The notes beneath the pieces are model-generated. The model made no database searches and was not told where the DNA came from. It worked only from the letters and a program-made list of their open reading frames with translations. Of a stretch of 64,000 nt of DNA, positions 1 through 12,853 are shown piece after piece. Position numbers and translations under genes: made by a program. Every line of letters begins with the position of its first letter. The stretch's first letter is position 1. The DNA comes from Vicugna vicugna. Lineage: Eukaryota. The stretch spans positions 372,001 to 436,000 of the forward strand of contig MU058241.1 in NCBI GenBank assembly GCA_013265495.1, read 5' to 3'.

Positions 1-1544
1 ATGACATCTCAAATTTACTTTCTATACTGTCAGAGAAATTAGGACTTACCTGTATTGTTGGAAAAACCACCAGCTGCAGTCCACAACCTTCTAGGCTGTC
101 CTGACACGAAGCTGTGAGCCAGGAGCCTAGGCTGTCTCCCTAGGGATATTCAAGGTCCCAAAAGTATGCTTTTCTACTAGGAGGTGCTCTGAATAATCTC
201 ATCTCTAGTGTAGCTGATTATCCCTAAATGAATTGGTGAAATTAGTTTGTGCTCAAAACTTGCCTTAGACGGAAAATGTGTACTTTTGGATAAAGGCATT
301 TTCAAGGCATTTGCTTGCCTTGGGTAAGCCAAGCTGTCTGAAAGCAGACAGGTCCAGTGATGACACGGTCAGGGTTGGGATCACAGTAAGAAAAATGAAG
401 GCTTTTTCCTTTCAGGCAAATATTGAAAAGTTATTCAATTTTTGCAGATCTCTGCTGAAGGAAAAATACCACTTACACCCTAAAACCCTAATCATCTAAT
501 CACAATATAAAGCTTTTAAAGAATGTTCTGCTCTTTGGAATAGACCACTGGGATTAAAATGACCTGAAAGCATAAACTCATTTTAGCAAGAGTATGCCTT
601 TTATCATTCTGTGGAGATGTGGGTGGAGGTCACCGGCAGCTCAGCCAGATTCCCAAATTAACTTTACTTCTGAATTTCATGACAATATGAAAGAGGAAGG
701 CACTCTCTTTACTTTTCTGAATGTTGTCTGAATTGATCATTGTGAGCTGAATTCTTAACACCAGACAGTGCCTCTTCTGAAGAGTTTGTTTCTCCTGGAA
801 GTCAGCCACCTGCTGCCAAGACCCCCAGCACCTTTTGGCTTCATGGGAGAATGAATGCTGTTTGCTGCAGAGTTTTTTGTAACTGCAGGCGACCGAGGAA
901 TAAATGCACGGGCCCAGAAGAGGAGACCTTGCCAACCATTGCTTCTGTGATTGTGCTCAATTTTAATTTAAACCAAAGCAAAGTTTCCATCCTTGTGTAT
1001 TTCCCAGTGATTTGCAGGGGAACATTAACAAGCACTTAGGAAGCATGTCCTGTTTTCAGACTAAATGAGGAATTGTACTCCATTCTCTCTTTGTTCTATT
1101 TTCACATGGAAGGAAACCAATCCTTAAAGACCCGCATCTTGTCACCACATAGTTTGACTTCAGAAGCAAGAAGTGCGCAGTTGTATGACTGCATAACCCA
1201 TTGTCCCTCTTGGCCAAATTCAAGTCTGAGGATGGATGAATTTGAAGTTACGATCCTGAACCCCAGCATCCTCCAACTGTATCCCCACCCCTCAGGCTTT
1301 ATGATACGTATTTTACAACACAGCAATTGAACATCCAGAACAAAGCCTCACAGTTGTTTATAATTGTCTCATCCTTGAATCCTTGAAATTTAGGCCAGTG
1401 CCGTACATAGCATTCTCTAGTTCATTAGTTCTTGTGGAATTTTAATTGAACAGAGGGCATACCTTGCTAGCTACATAGCCATGTGGGGCTTTGAATGAGG
1501 AATTTGTCAGCCTGGATGTGGACAGGGAGACAGGGTGGAGGCCA

Positions 1545-1760
1545 GAACGTGGATTCTAAAGGCAGAACCATTTGTATTGGAGTCACAGCTGTATCATTAC
1601 TGGTGTGGACCTTTCCATGCCTTGACTTCTTTGTCTTTAAAATGTAAGTAATGAAAGTACCGACTTATAAGTTTGTTCTGGGGCCCAAATAAATTAATGC
1701 CTAAAGTTCTCTAGAATTGCCCCTGGCATAAGGCAAACCTTGTATATATGTTTATTAAAT
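1545..1760 (+). mobile_element. MIR SINE, degenerate
   Basis: MIR core-like 'ccttgacttctttgtctttaaaatgtaagtaatgaaagtacc' followed by MIR 3' end-like 'cctggcataaggcaaacc'; boundaries approximate. Confidence 0.6.
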
Positions 1761-1823
1761 TAAGTGACTCCAAAGGCAGGCTCTGTCTCCTTCACTCCGA
1801 AAGTTTTAGTTGACACAGCTCAA

Positions 1824-1825
<2 letters not shown>

Positions 1826-1871
<46 letters not shown>
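1826..1871. repeat. (TG)23 microsatellite
   Basis: Perfect TG run read directly. Confidence 0.97.
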
Positions 1872-1874
<3 letters not shown>

Positions 1875-4522
1875 TACACCCTAAGTACATAAGCCTTTGT
1901 TATTTTATCTTACAGAAGAGCAAAAATTGTCTTCCTGACTTCTGAAATTAAATACAAAATTTACTACTACTGAAAAGATAAACTCTTTTAGTGACATTAA
2001 TCATAATTATCATTACACTAAATGTTATAGATAATTTATTATGTTCCAGACACCATTTGGTGAAATTGGCACATGGGGACATATCTAATTATCAAGCAGT
2101 TCCTATGACGTGGGTGATATCGACTCCATTTATTAATGGGAGACTGTAATGAGTCATTATCAACTTTTCTTATAAGTCAACTATCTGTAGCTTGTCACTT
2201 ATTAATTGGGAATTAATGGTATGAAATGACTCGTTAAAGATATTATCTCCTGCATGTATAAACAGTTGGTTTTTAAAACTGGTAGATATCACATGAAGAG
2301 TCGTCAAACTTTGTACATGATTTCTGTAAACTGTACATGATTGCTCTAAATTTAAAGCTCTGTAGCGTGATCTTGTTTGACTGCGGTTCCTACTGCAATT
2401 CAACATGCCTTTTAAACTTTTCCTTCATCTTTTACAGTTGTGGTGTATCGTGCTGCACCACCTTGCGCTTCCTTCTCCACTTCACCTGGAGACGTGTGCT
2501 ATGGAAAATCCCGCTCTCAGGTGGTCATATTGAAGTCCTGGAAGGTGATGGTGGCTCTTACCCATCATCATTGTTTCCAGGCTTGGATGGGACAGGGCTG
2601 GGTGGAAGAGGTGTGAGAGAGCTTTGATTTTCTGAAGTGGATTGAAATGGCCTTTGATTCTGTGCAACGTCTTTATTAAGAGGTAGCATCTCTTTCTCCA
2701 TCCCTTCGAGGCTGAGATGGTTTGCCTCTGCCTAGTAGAATGAGACGATGTGAACCTTCCAGCCAAGACCTCCAGAGACTTTGCAGCTTCCACTCTCACA
2801 CTCTTAGAATCCTGAGACTGCCCTTTCTGAGGAATCCAGGTGCAAGAAACCAGGTGGAGAGGAGGCCATCCATCCCCACCATCCTGGCCTCTTCACTGAG
2901 GCTTCAGACACTTGAGCAAGGCCCTCTTAGAACCTTTAGCTCATAACTGCAGCTTGGGCAGTGAGCTCGGGCAAGACCAGTGAAGTACTCAGTCACTCCC
3001 CAGAGTTGCTTTAAGACACTGAGATTGTAGACATTTGTTATGCAGCTGTAGCTAACTGACTCAGTGGCGTTGGGAGATACCCACTTCTGACGCACAGCTT
3101 CTCCATTCTTCTTTGAAAAGGCTCTGTCTTGCTAGAAGTCAGCATTGCTTACGAGGCCCCAGCAGCCCTGACATTCATAGTAATATCTGAAATGTGGCCC
3201 AGAGCTCCAAGAGAGTAAAGTTTACTGCTTCTGAGTTATTTTTGGCCAGATATATGCTTGAAGGAGTGGGATCTTGAAAAAAAATGAATCTCAGTAGGAA
3301 TACATTCCTTTTATGTAGAAGAAAGCCATGAGTCATAAAAAGCAAGTTCTGTATTTCTTTTCCTTTGCAAAAATCTTTTGATATCCTAAAATCTCATTTT
3401 TGGTGATCTGTTATAGTGATCAGTTATTAAATCGCTCCTGTTCTAGCTTTTGTAACTTTTCCACCAAAAAAGAAAAACAGGAAATTAAAGGGCTTTTTTC
3501 CTGGTTTATTATGTTGGGAGAATCTAGGAAAAAAAATTATAAGGATACTAATATTACTGAACTTGCTCATTAGGACCAACCAATTACATTTAAGAGTATG
3601 AACGAAGGGAACCCAGAGTAAAATCAACATGACCTGCCCCCTCAAGACTCCTGGTTGAGGATACTTCTCTTCACAATTGAAGAAAATGCTGAAGGAGAAG
3701 AGGATTTTTTAAAAAATTCGAATGCTGTATACAATGGGAAATAATTCAGTGCAGGCTTTGTGTAGAGCATGAAAATCAGGCAGTTGTCTGAATTTGAGAA
3801 TATGTCAATGATATTTGAAAGATGATGAGTAGAAACATTCAAATATATTTAAATTATCCAGTTCAGCTATTTTTCAGTCAACCAACCATCCAATAGAATT
3901 TCTTGCACCTGTTAGTTGAGCCTTGATTAATGAGCATATTTGGGTATCTGCACTCTTCTGGAAGGATCTAAGGTGTTTGGCTATTCAGGGTCATTATAAA
4001 TACTCTCCTGGGTATTTGTGTGGTGTAAGGCAATGGAAATCTCTTGGAAAAGCACTGCCAATTGTGTTTTAATGTTTAATACAAGTATCACGGATAGTTC
4101 AAACATTGATGTTACTTTTCTTGCTCCCCTGTAACTATGCAATCTATATTTCTCAAACCAAAAATTGATTTTCCAAAACTCAAGAATCAAAAATTATTTA
4201 TAAGGTTTCCAGTGTTATAAAAATTAAAATGCATTTTGGTGTACAGTGTATAAATTGCTTTTATTGAAAGGAATATCATTATGTTCGTATGCAATATACA
4301 CATTGAGAAAAACATGGCAGAATGCATATGAAACTGTTAGCAGGGAGTGTCACAAAATTACTGTAAAACTAGGCAAGGAGAGAGGAAAATGTTGGCTTTC
4401 CTTTTTTGTTGTTATGATCATCTTTTTTCAATGAACATAATTTTGTCACTTGGGAAAAATCTAATAAGCATACTTTTAAAAATTATGTGAGTTTGATACT
4501 CAGAAAATAATAGTAACAAGTA

Positions 4523-4584
4523 AGAGGCACTTTTGGTGTTATAAAGAGGCACAAACTTAGAGGCACTTTTGGTGTAATAAAGAG
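4523..4584. repeat. Short tandem duplication, 36-bp period
   Basis: agaggcacttttggtgt(t/a)ataaagag at 4523 and 4559. Confidence 0.85.
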
Positions 4585-5879
4585 AAGGTGGGGACATCAT
4601 GTTTCTGTTTTGTTGTGGTGATAATGTTCCCCAGACAGTCCGTCCACCTTTCTGCTGGTTTCCTGCCAGGATGTAGACGGGGCTCCACCACTTCTCATGA
4701 GCGTGCCTCTCTCCTAACTTATCTTTGTCCTTAACCCCACTGCCACTCAAATCACTAGAGCTGTGAATTTTCAAAGTGGTAATTACACATAATTTCCAAA
4801 ATTAGAGATCAAAGCAAACCCTGCATTTTTTTTAGAAAGAAATTAAGGAATATTTACTTAAGCAGATACCCTCTAGGTGAAATTATGGTTTGACATCAGG
4901 TGAATTAATATTCACTAAATTACATAAATAAGGTTTAGTATTTTAATCAAGTAAAATACTACCATAGTGTTAACTTGACCTGTATTTAGTATCGTATGAA
5001 CCAGTATGGGTAAACTGTCAACAACAATAAATGGTGAATTCAGGGTGGGCATTGAAGACAATTCCACATGCAATGAATGCTCCCTACGTTACTGGCACTC
5101 ACATACATGGTGAGATGAACTAAGACCTTCCTCCCTTTGTGTTAGAGGAGATAACTTTGACAATTCTCCTGATCCTCAGTTATATTCCTGGGATGAATAT
5201 GCCTTAAATAGGAGAACAAGCCATGTTGTGGATACAAAGTTAATAAGTTGTAGGAGGTGAGCTTGCTGTCACTATAGATCAGGAAAAAGCCAACCCAGCG
5301 GGTTGTTGGACGAGAAGCCATACCTTCTCCTCTGGCCACATTCAATGCCAGAGCGTAGCCTTGCAGAGCCTGAGTGAAGAGAAGCCTTGCAGGCATCAAC
5401 TAAAGTGAAGCTTAAGACACAAAATTGAGCCAGAGCTGAGAGTTCCCTTTCATGGAAGAGAGCTAGTGGTTCTCTAGAAGGGCTGAAGGCTGAATCGTGC
5501 TCAGGAGAAGGAGACTGGGAGGATTGGGGTTATAGAGAGAAGTTGGGGTTGAGAGAGAGAGAGAGACTCCAAATGGGTCACTCTCAAAAGCCCTAAATTT
5601 GAAAGATTTGTTTTCAACCTTGGATAACACATTGGAATCTGCTTATGCAGACAGAATCGAAAGCCCCACTAATATTGCTGGTGATGCTCACCTCATGCTT
5701 TAGTGAAAGACTGCTGAAATCGCCAGTGTAATTCAGCTTTGGATAACTGAGGCAGCTTCCAGAGTAAAAATCCATTACATTGCTTGGAGAGCCTTTTCTA
5801 AGTATATGCTCCCATGGCTTCCATTTACATAACGCAGCGTTCATAGAGTTGATCTGGAGTTGTGGGACCCCAGTGGTCC

Positions 5880-6500
5880 TGTTTGTTCACCTCTCTCTAT
5901 TTTCCTGGGGTACAGACTTCACACGATGACACTTGCAGAGGTCTAACCCCCACCTCTGACTGCCTAAGTACCAGTGCCTCTGACTTACTGTCCGATTCCC
6001 ATTGCCATGGCCTTGCACTTTCTTCATGAACCGGGACTGCATATGGCTGCTAGTAACAAAAAAAAAAAAAAAAAAAGAAGCGACTAGCAATAGCATAAAC
6101 ACAGAAAGTTTTCATTTCCTCACAAAGCAGTCAGTCTAAAAATAGGATATTTAAAGCGGAGGCAGAGGCTTACAGATGCCATCAGGGACCCATGATCCTT
6201 GTAACTTTTTGCTCAGCCATTTTTGGCATGTTGATTTCAGTCCCATGGTTAGAACACAGACTCCGTTCCTGCAAACATCATGTTCACACTTAAGCATGAG
6301 GAGGAGAAAGCCAAGATTCTGTGAAGCTTCAGCTTTTGAGTCATTCATGGATTCCTGACTCAGGGACTTCTCCCTGTATCTCATTGTCCAGAACTCATCC
6401 CACCTCCCACCCTACATCCTTCAGCTGCAAGGAAGGTTGTGATAATGAGTAGTGTTAGTGCAAAATATTGCTGGTCTGTGTAAATGTGGGATTCTGTCAG
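5880..6500 (-). mobile_element. Old MaLR LTR (MLT1J/K/L-like), degenerate
   Basis: Resembles antisense MLT1: 'ggctgctagtaacaaa...', 'catcagggacccatgatcc', 'cagctgcaaggaaggttg'; boundaries approximate. Confidence 0.5.
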
Positions 6501-6619
6501 TAAGGAAAAAAGAGAAATGGGTATTTGCAAGATAAGTAGTGGATACTGGAGCTTCAAACAGCCGTGAAGAGACAGTTCGTATTGCAAAATGGCATTGCAG
6601 AGTTCACCTGACTTCGAGC

Positions 6620-8045
6620 AGCCAGCACCAACATCTTAGAGGTGTTCTTTGGCCACACATTCTTACTATCTCACCTCTTTCCTCAGAGCCTCTCTCTCTC
6701 TGCCCACCTTCTCCTGTTTTTCTTCTCTTGATTGAATGTTGTTTCCCTGTGTCCTACCTTCTGCCCTCTCCTCTTACCACTGTCACATGTTCCTCTTGGA
6801 AGCTGCTGTGCAGGTTACACCCCATGAAATACAAAGTCCAGACCAAGTGGTGCAGATGAGGACTAGGAAGGTCTGTGAGTGTCTGTCTTGGGAAGAGGTT
6901 TGGTTCATGAGCTGAGAGGCAGCTTTGAATAGAGTACTAGAATCACAAAGAAATGCCAGCATCTAAACACGGAAATGCAAATATTTGCACGGGCAGAGAG
7001 AGGTGGTAACTGGGATGTGGAGACCATAGGAAAGAGAGAAGGAGGTGGATATTTTCCAGACTGGGTTCACATCTTGACTGAGGCTTCTCGAATTGTCCTT
7101 CTTCCGGGGGAATATATGTTTAAAGAACTTCTGGATCTTTATCAAATTCCATGTGAAGATGCTGTTTGAGTCTATTTTTCCATGTTCTCAGTTCTTCCTA
7201 ATTGCCTTCTGATCATACATGTCTACCTGGATGTCCCTTGTGCCCCAAAGCTAATACACTCTGTCCCCATCAAATCCCCTCCCATATGCATCTTCCCCAG
7301 GACTTCCTGGCTCCGTTAGTAGTGACACTCTCCAACTGCCTAATGAGGAGATGTAGTCTTTTGACTCCCCCTTTCCTGAATTCATGCCTCCATTTGGTCA
7401 TCAGACGCCCTCAATTCAGTCTTGAGCATCTCTCCGATCTTCCTGCCCTGTCCTCCGCACTGCTCTTGCCTGGACTTTCTCATCGTCACTTGGCTGCTGA
7501 GGGGTCTCTGTACTGTCAGTATCTCCCCCTTCTAATCACCCTCCACACGAAGCTGTGGGTCTTAAAACACAGTTCCCGGCAGACCACTCCACCCAGTATC
7601 AACTTCTGATGGGTCTTCACCTCCTTGGCCCACCCTTGCCTTGCCGTTTCCTCCCAGATACTCACTTCCATGGGTTCTGCCTGCATTGGGTTCCTCACAT
7701 CCTAAACTCCCATGCCTTTGTGTCTTGATTATTCTGCTCTTTCAGCCTGGAATATCCATCCCCACTTGTTTTTTTTTAACCCCAAAAACTATATGCTCAG
7801 CTCAAATGTCACTTTGCCTTTAACTTTCTGGTGCCTTCCTTAGCCTCTGGTGAAACCACAACAGCAGACTTGTTTTCTTATTCTTCTATGAGTAGCGTTT
7901 ATCATATTTCATTTTAATTGGTTGCTTATGTATTTTTCTTTCCAGTAGACGGTGAATACTGAGATGGCAGGGATGCTGTTTAATTCTTTTATCTGCAGCA
8001 GTTAGCGTGGTGCCTTATGATAGTCAGTAATTGTGTTGAATTGAA
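6620..8045 (+). mobile_element. LINE-2 fragments
   Basis: L2-like motifs 'tctacctggatgtcc', 'cagcctggaatatcc', 'ctcagctcaaatgtcac', 'gagatggcagggatgctg' and an L2-type 3' tail 'gttgaattgaatt'. Confidence 0.65.
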
Positions 8046-9269
8046 TTACAGATAATCTGCTTGAGGTTAATGGAGAGTTAACTGGATATAATGTTTTTCA
8101 TCTAAGGAGACGGCATCCCCTATATTTATAATGTGCATTAAAATCTAATGTTTTCATTTCTTAAAAAATCTCAAATAAACCCTTAGATAAAAAATAGTCT
8201 GATAGTGTTTTCGCTACAGTAATACTTGTGACTCTCCCAACCTCTTTGAATTTTGTCTAATATAAATAAATGTTAAGTAGCTCCAGCTCCAGGGAATCCC
8301 ACTTGTAGACTTCAGCTGGGAGAATCCGTTGTAAGTAATTCTCAAGTAGTGGTTTCTTCACACCATCTCTCCCACCATCTTCCTTGAATCTCTGTTGCAA
8401 GTATGCATAAAACTGGCACAAATGGCATTTGACTTACTGCATCTGATTTATGAAAAGTTTTTATCTTGATTGCTTGTGAACACCTGTTCACCATCTTTTT
8501 CTTTAGGAGCCTTTATAATTTCTTTACTAAAAACTGCAGGCAAGCTTTGGAAAGGGGACGGTCCTTCACATAAAATCAAAAGTAAAAGCCCCTCTGTCCA
8601 CTCATCACGAAAGGGAGCAGAATGAGTATGTGGCCTTGTCCTCAGCCTGGTCTCCACGATCGTCACAAGGCTACGTGGCTCAAGTATTTGATATTCCCGC
8701 ACACTTTAGTCTCCAGGAAGCTCTCAATGGTGGGGGCTTCGCCTTTTCATAGTACCTTAAACAGTTAGCGAAATTTCCAGCCGCGGGATTTTTCATTGTC
8801 AGGACATAAGAGAACACCAATTATTTGACTTCAAGAAATTACAAAAATGGGTTCGTCTTATTTGTGTGTTTTTCTGCAGGTGACTTAAGAGCGAGCTTTC
8901 CTGGTTACTTAGCTCCTCACCTTGTCCCCTCTAAAGGCCCTGCCTTGTCCTTTGATTATATACTTTTTAATTTTCTTTCATTTGTGCTGACAATATCAAA
9001 CTTTCCCCAAGCCTTAAGATCCTGGAAAATAGTGATGATTAAGAAATCTCCCCACCCTCAGTGTTCTGGAAAACTGCTGATGCAAAGAACCAATCCCCAA
9101 ACTGCTTACATAGGAGTCACAGCGTCCCCTTTGTTCACCGAGAACTCACAGAGGCCTCCCCTACTTCCCTTGTTTACCTAGGACAAGGCCCTCCAAATTC
9201 CCATTCTTTGTATCTCAAATGATTAGCCAAAGTACTTGTTCCCACGGGTCAATTAGAACAAAATGCTCA

Positions 9270-9595
9270 TTGCTATGGTCTGAATGTCGATGTACCCCCA
9301 AATTCATGTATTGAAATCCTAACCCCCAAAGGTGATGGTGTTCAGAAGCGGGGTCTTTGGGAAGTGGTGAGGTCATGAAGGTGGAGCCCCCATGTGAGAT
9401 TAGTGTCCTTATAATAGGGACCCCAGAGGGCGTCCTCTCCCCTCCCATCATCTGAGGACACAGCAAGAAGGTGCCAGCTATGAACCAGGAAGGGGCTCTC
9501 ACCTGACCATGCTGGCACCTTGATCTCAGACTTTCAGCCTCCAGAGCTGTGAGAGAGAAATTTCTGTGGTTTATATGCTACCTGATCTGTGGTAG
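9270..9595 (+). mobile_element. MLT1A-like MaLR LTR
   Basis: 'tgctatggtctgaatgt..cccccaaattcatgtattgaaatcctaaccccc' start; 'gctggcaccttgatctcagactttcagcctccagagctgtgaga' near the end. Confidence 0.85.
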
Positions 9596-9688
9596 TTTTT
9601 CCCAGTTTTACTGAGATATGATTGACATGTAACCTTGTGTGAGTTTAAGGTGGTGATATGATATAGATACAGATTGCAAAATGATTAA
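9596..9688 (-). mobile_element. L1 3'-end fragment
   Basis: 'ttttactgagatatgattgacatgtaac..tttaaggtg..attgcaaaatgatta' resembles an antisense L1MA-type 3' terminus. Confidence 0.55.
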
Positions 9689-10845
9689 GGTGCCTTTTTG
9701 TTACAGCTGCCAGAACAGACTAAGACATTTGTTAACCAGCATTTGGTTCAGCTTCTCTCCTTTCCCAGAGGCCATAAACTTGGATCCACCCAAAGCCTGT
9801 GCCAGCAGGCAGCCCCCCTCCTGAGGCCAGGCTGGCCTAGGGGTAAACCATTCTCCAGTCTCCCTTCCGATCAGGCCACCCTTTCCTCCTGCTTCCCCAC
9901 CCCTGGTTCTTCCTAGCCATGTTTACTGCTCCTTATACTAGAAAGCCTCTTTCTGCCTAACCTTGGAGATGCTGCAGTCCTTATGCTCATAGTGTTTCCC
10001 TTCTTGCAATAGTCACTCTCCTCGATTGCATCAGTCTCTCTCCTCCCTCTCTTGCAATAATCCTTTCAAAGAAAGTCTCTCCTTACTAAGTCCAGATTGG
10101 TTTATTTGACAGAACCCTTTAAAAATTCCTGAATGACTATTTGCAACTCCTTCTTGGATTCATGCCTCAGTGGAGAGGGAAGTGGTACCCGACAGGAAGG
10201 AGAGGTAACGAACCCTCCTGAGGCAAATGTGATGTGCTCTCACCAGCAGGAAGTTCCAGTTCAAATCAGTTCTGAAAGCCTAGGGAAATAGCTCTGAGAA
10301 GGACTGTATAAAATAATTAAGCAGAGGAAGCAAATAAAAGTATAAGTGGAATAATGTACTCCCATGTTTCTGTATGATCTAACAGTTTGAAAAACACCCA
10401 CTTAAAAGAGTAACGTGCATCATGTACCCTCAGATTTCTTTTCAGTCAGGTCTCCCAATAAGGGAATCCCTTGGGCTCTGAGGCTGTGACTTGGGGCTGT
10501 CCAGTCTTCTCAACTATTATGCAGAATTCTCTCTGCAGGACTCAAGAATGCTGTGTTAGAGCTAGAATGGAAAGGGGAAAAAGTTCTCATTGACTGTACT
10601 ATAAATCCTTGCATTTGGGGGTAGATTTGATTTATTGAGTTTATTACTTTCTTAAACCAAAAGAGTTTTTCCTGAATATCTGACCCCTGTCATTACTCCT
10701 GTCAGTGGTAGAATGTCCAGATTAAGCCCTTTGGCATACAGAATCACTTGGGTTTTGCTATGCAAATAGGTTGTAAATGAATGGACACAACTGCTGACAC
10801 AAAATCTCAGAAGTCCCCAAGGATCTTGGAAAGGAACCTATTTTT

Positions 10846-11562
10846 TTAATTGAAGTATAGTTGATGTATAATATATATTACAGGTTTACAATATAGTGAT
10901 TCACAATTTTTAAAGTTACACTCCATTTATAGTTATTATAAAGTACTGTCTGTATTCCCCATGTTGTACAATATATCCTCGTGGCTTACGTATTTTATAT
11001 ATAGTAGTTTGTACCTCTTAATCCCCTACCCCCATATTACCCCTCCCCACTTCCCTTTCCCCACTGGTAACCACCAGTTTGTTCTCTGGATCTGTGAGTC
11101 TGCTTCTTTTTTGTTATATTCACAAATTTGATGTAATTTTTAGGTTCCAAGTATAAGTGGTATCATCCAGTTTTTGACTTTCTCTTTCTGACTTATTTCA
11201 CTTGGCATAATACCCTCCAAGTCCACCCATGTTGTTGCATATGATGAAATTTCATTCTTTTTTTATGGCTAAGTAGTACTCCACTGTGTGTATGTATCTA
11301 TTTATCTGTATATCACACCTTCTTTATCTATTTATCTATTGATGGACACTTAGCTTGCTTCCACATCTTGGCAATTGTAAATAATGCTGTTATGAACATT
11401 GAATGTTTTTGAATTATTGTTTTGTTATTTTGGGTATATACCTAGGAATGGAATTGCTAGATCATATGGTAATTGTATTTTTAGTTTTTTGAGAAACTTC
11501 TGTACTGTTTTCTACAGTGGCTGCACCAATTTACATTCCCACCAACAGTGTACAACGGTTCA
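10846..11562 (-). mobile_element. 5'-truncated L1 with 16-bp TSD
   Basis: L1 3' UTR/ORF2-end motifs ('ggaattgctagatcatatggt', 'tttacattcccaccaacagtgtac'); TSD aaaggaacctattttt 10830-10845 vs aaagggacctattttt 11563-11578; TT/AAAA endonuclease site. Confidence 0.92.
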
Positions 11563-11869
11563 AAAGGGACCTATTTTTAAGGAAAGACAGAGTGCAGATT
11601 GAAATACACACACATGCACACTGAGACGATTCCATGACAAACTCCCACCTCGGTTGCCCCGCCTCTTCAACATCCTCACTACAAAGGCTCCATCGGAAAT
11701 CCTTTTGATTTGTGAAAGGCTTAGCTGGGTTACAGGGGTTTTACCTGGTAACAGGACTGCTGCGGACCTGCCTCCCTCCCTGCCTGCCCTGTGCTCCTGA
11801 CCCCCCGCCCTCCCGCCCAAGCACCCCCACGCAGTCCCTGTGAGCTCTCCCACGTACGTGGTGGGTTAT

Positions 11870-12660
11870 GTACCTGATGTTGATGGTGCCCTAGTTGTAC
11901 CTCAGACCCTGATCTCTTCTGAGCTCTAGACTAATCCATTCCAATATATTGACTTTGTCTCTCTGCTCAGCCTGTGAACAGGCATCTCTGACTTCACACA
12001 TCCAAAATGAACTCTTGAGTCCTAGCCCGTCTCACTCACGGGCACCTCCATGCTTCCTGGTGCCCAGGGCCCTGAACTCTGAATCATCCCTGACTCCTCT
12101 CTCCTCTCATTACCGCCATCCAGCCCATCAGCAAATTCCTTGGGTTCTTCCTTCAAGATGTGTCCAAGACCATCCCACTTGTCCTCTCCTCCACTTCTGC
12201 CCCCGTCAGCTTCATCACTGCTCACATTTGTGTAGTCCTCTTCCTGTCATGCTGTCTCTGTGAAACTGCCTCAGCATCTCTCTCTCTCTTTTTTTACCCC
12301 TTTTTTCTTTAAAAAGATTTTTGAGTTTAGAAAAATTGCAGATACTAGAGAGTTCCTGTATTTCCTTTGCCCAGCTCCCCCTATTGTTAACATCTTTCAC
12401 AACAGTAAATTGGCAAAACTCAGAAATGAGTTCTCCTCAGTTCTCTGCACTGCCTCTTCAATCTGTATAAAACCTCACCCCCAGTCGGCACTCTGTCTTC
12501 CTTTCCCCGAGCCATTGCATTTTCTGCACAGACATCCATGCTTTTTGATAATGGCATCTCAGATTCCATTATCTGCATAACTCCCAACCTTTGCTGCTGG
12601 TCCATCCACACAGGACGTGCTCAAACATGTATAGTCGAATGAATGAATAAATGAAGGAAA
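11870..12660 (+). mobile_element. LINE-2 fragments with an internal antisense L1 3' fragment (about 12290-12430)
   Basis: 'aggcatctctgacttcacacatccaaaatgaactcttg' and 3' tail 'gtgctcaaacatgtatagtcgaatgaatgaataaatgaa'. Confidence 0.7.
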
Positions 12661-12853
12661 GTGGATTGCTAGCAATCTCAGTTCAGTTCTACATGTGTAT
12701 TGGGAAAATGTGGCATTTTCTGCTCTGGTGGTGTTCAAAAAACAAATGTTCCATTTGCAAACTAGGAAACCACAGTAGAACTCCCTTTTAACCAAACTTC
12801 CAATTCTTCATGCCAAAGTTTAGAATTATAGTAAGCTACATATGACATTCACT

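Larger units (their letters stand above)
8797..10111 (+). mobile_element. ERV1-type LTR (MER31/MER67-like) interrupted by MLT1A and an L1 fragment
   Basis: Begins TG and ends 'tttatttgaCA'; 3' part 'ttcccttcttgcaatagtc...aaagtctctccttactaagtccag' resembles MER31/MER67; 5' boundary uncertain and no TSD seen. Confidence 0.55.

Noticed and set aside
2420..2520. Plus-strand exon after 'ttttccttcatctttacag'
   Set aside because: The acceptor is good but only weak donors follow and no frame gives a recognisable peptide.
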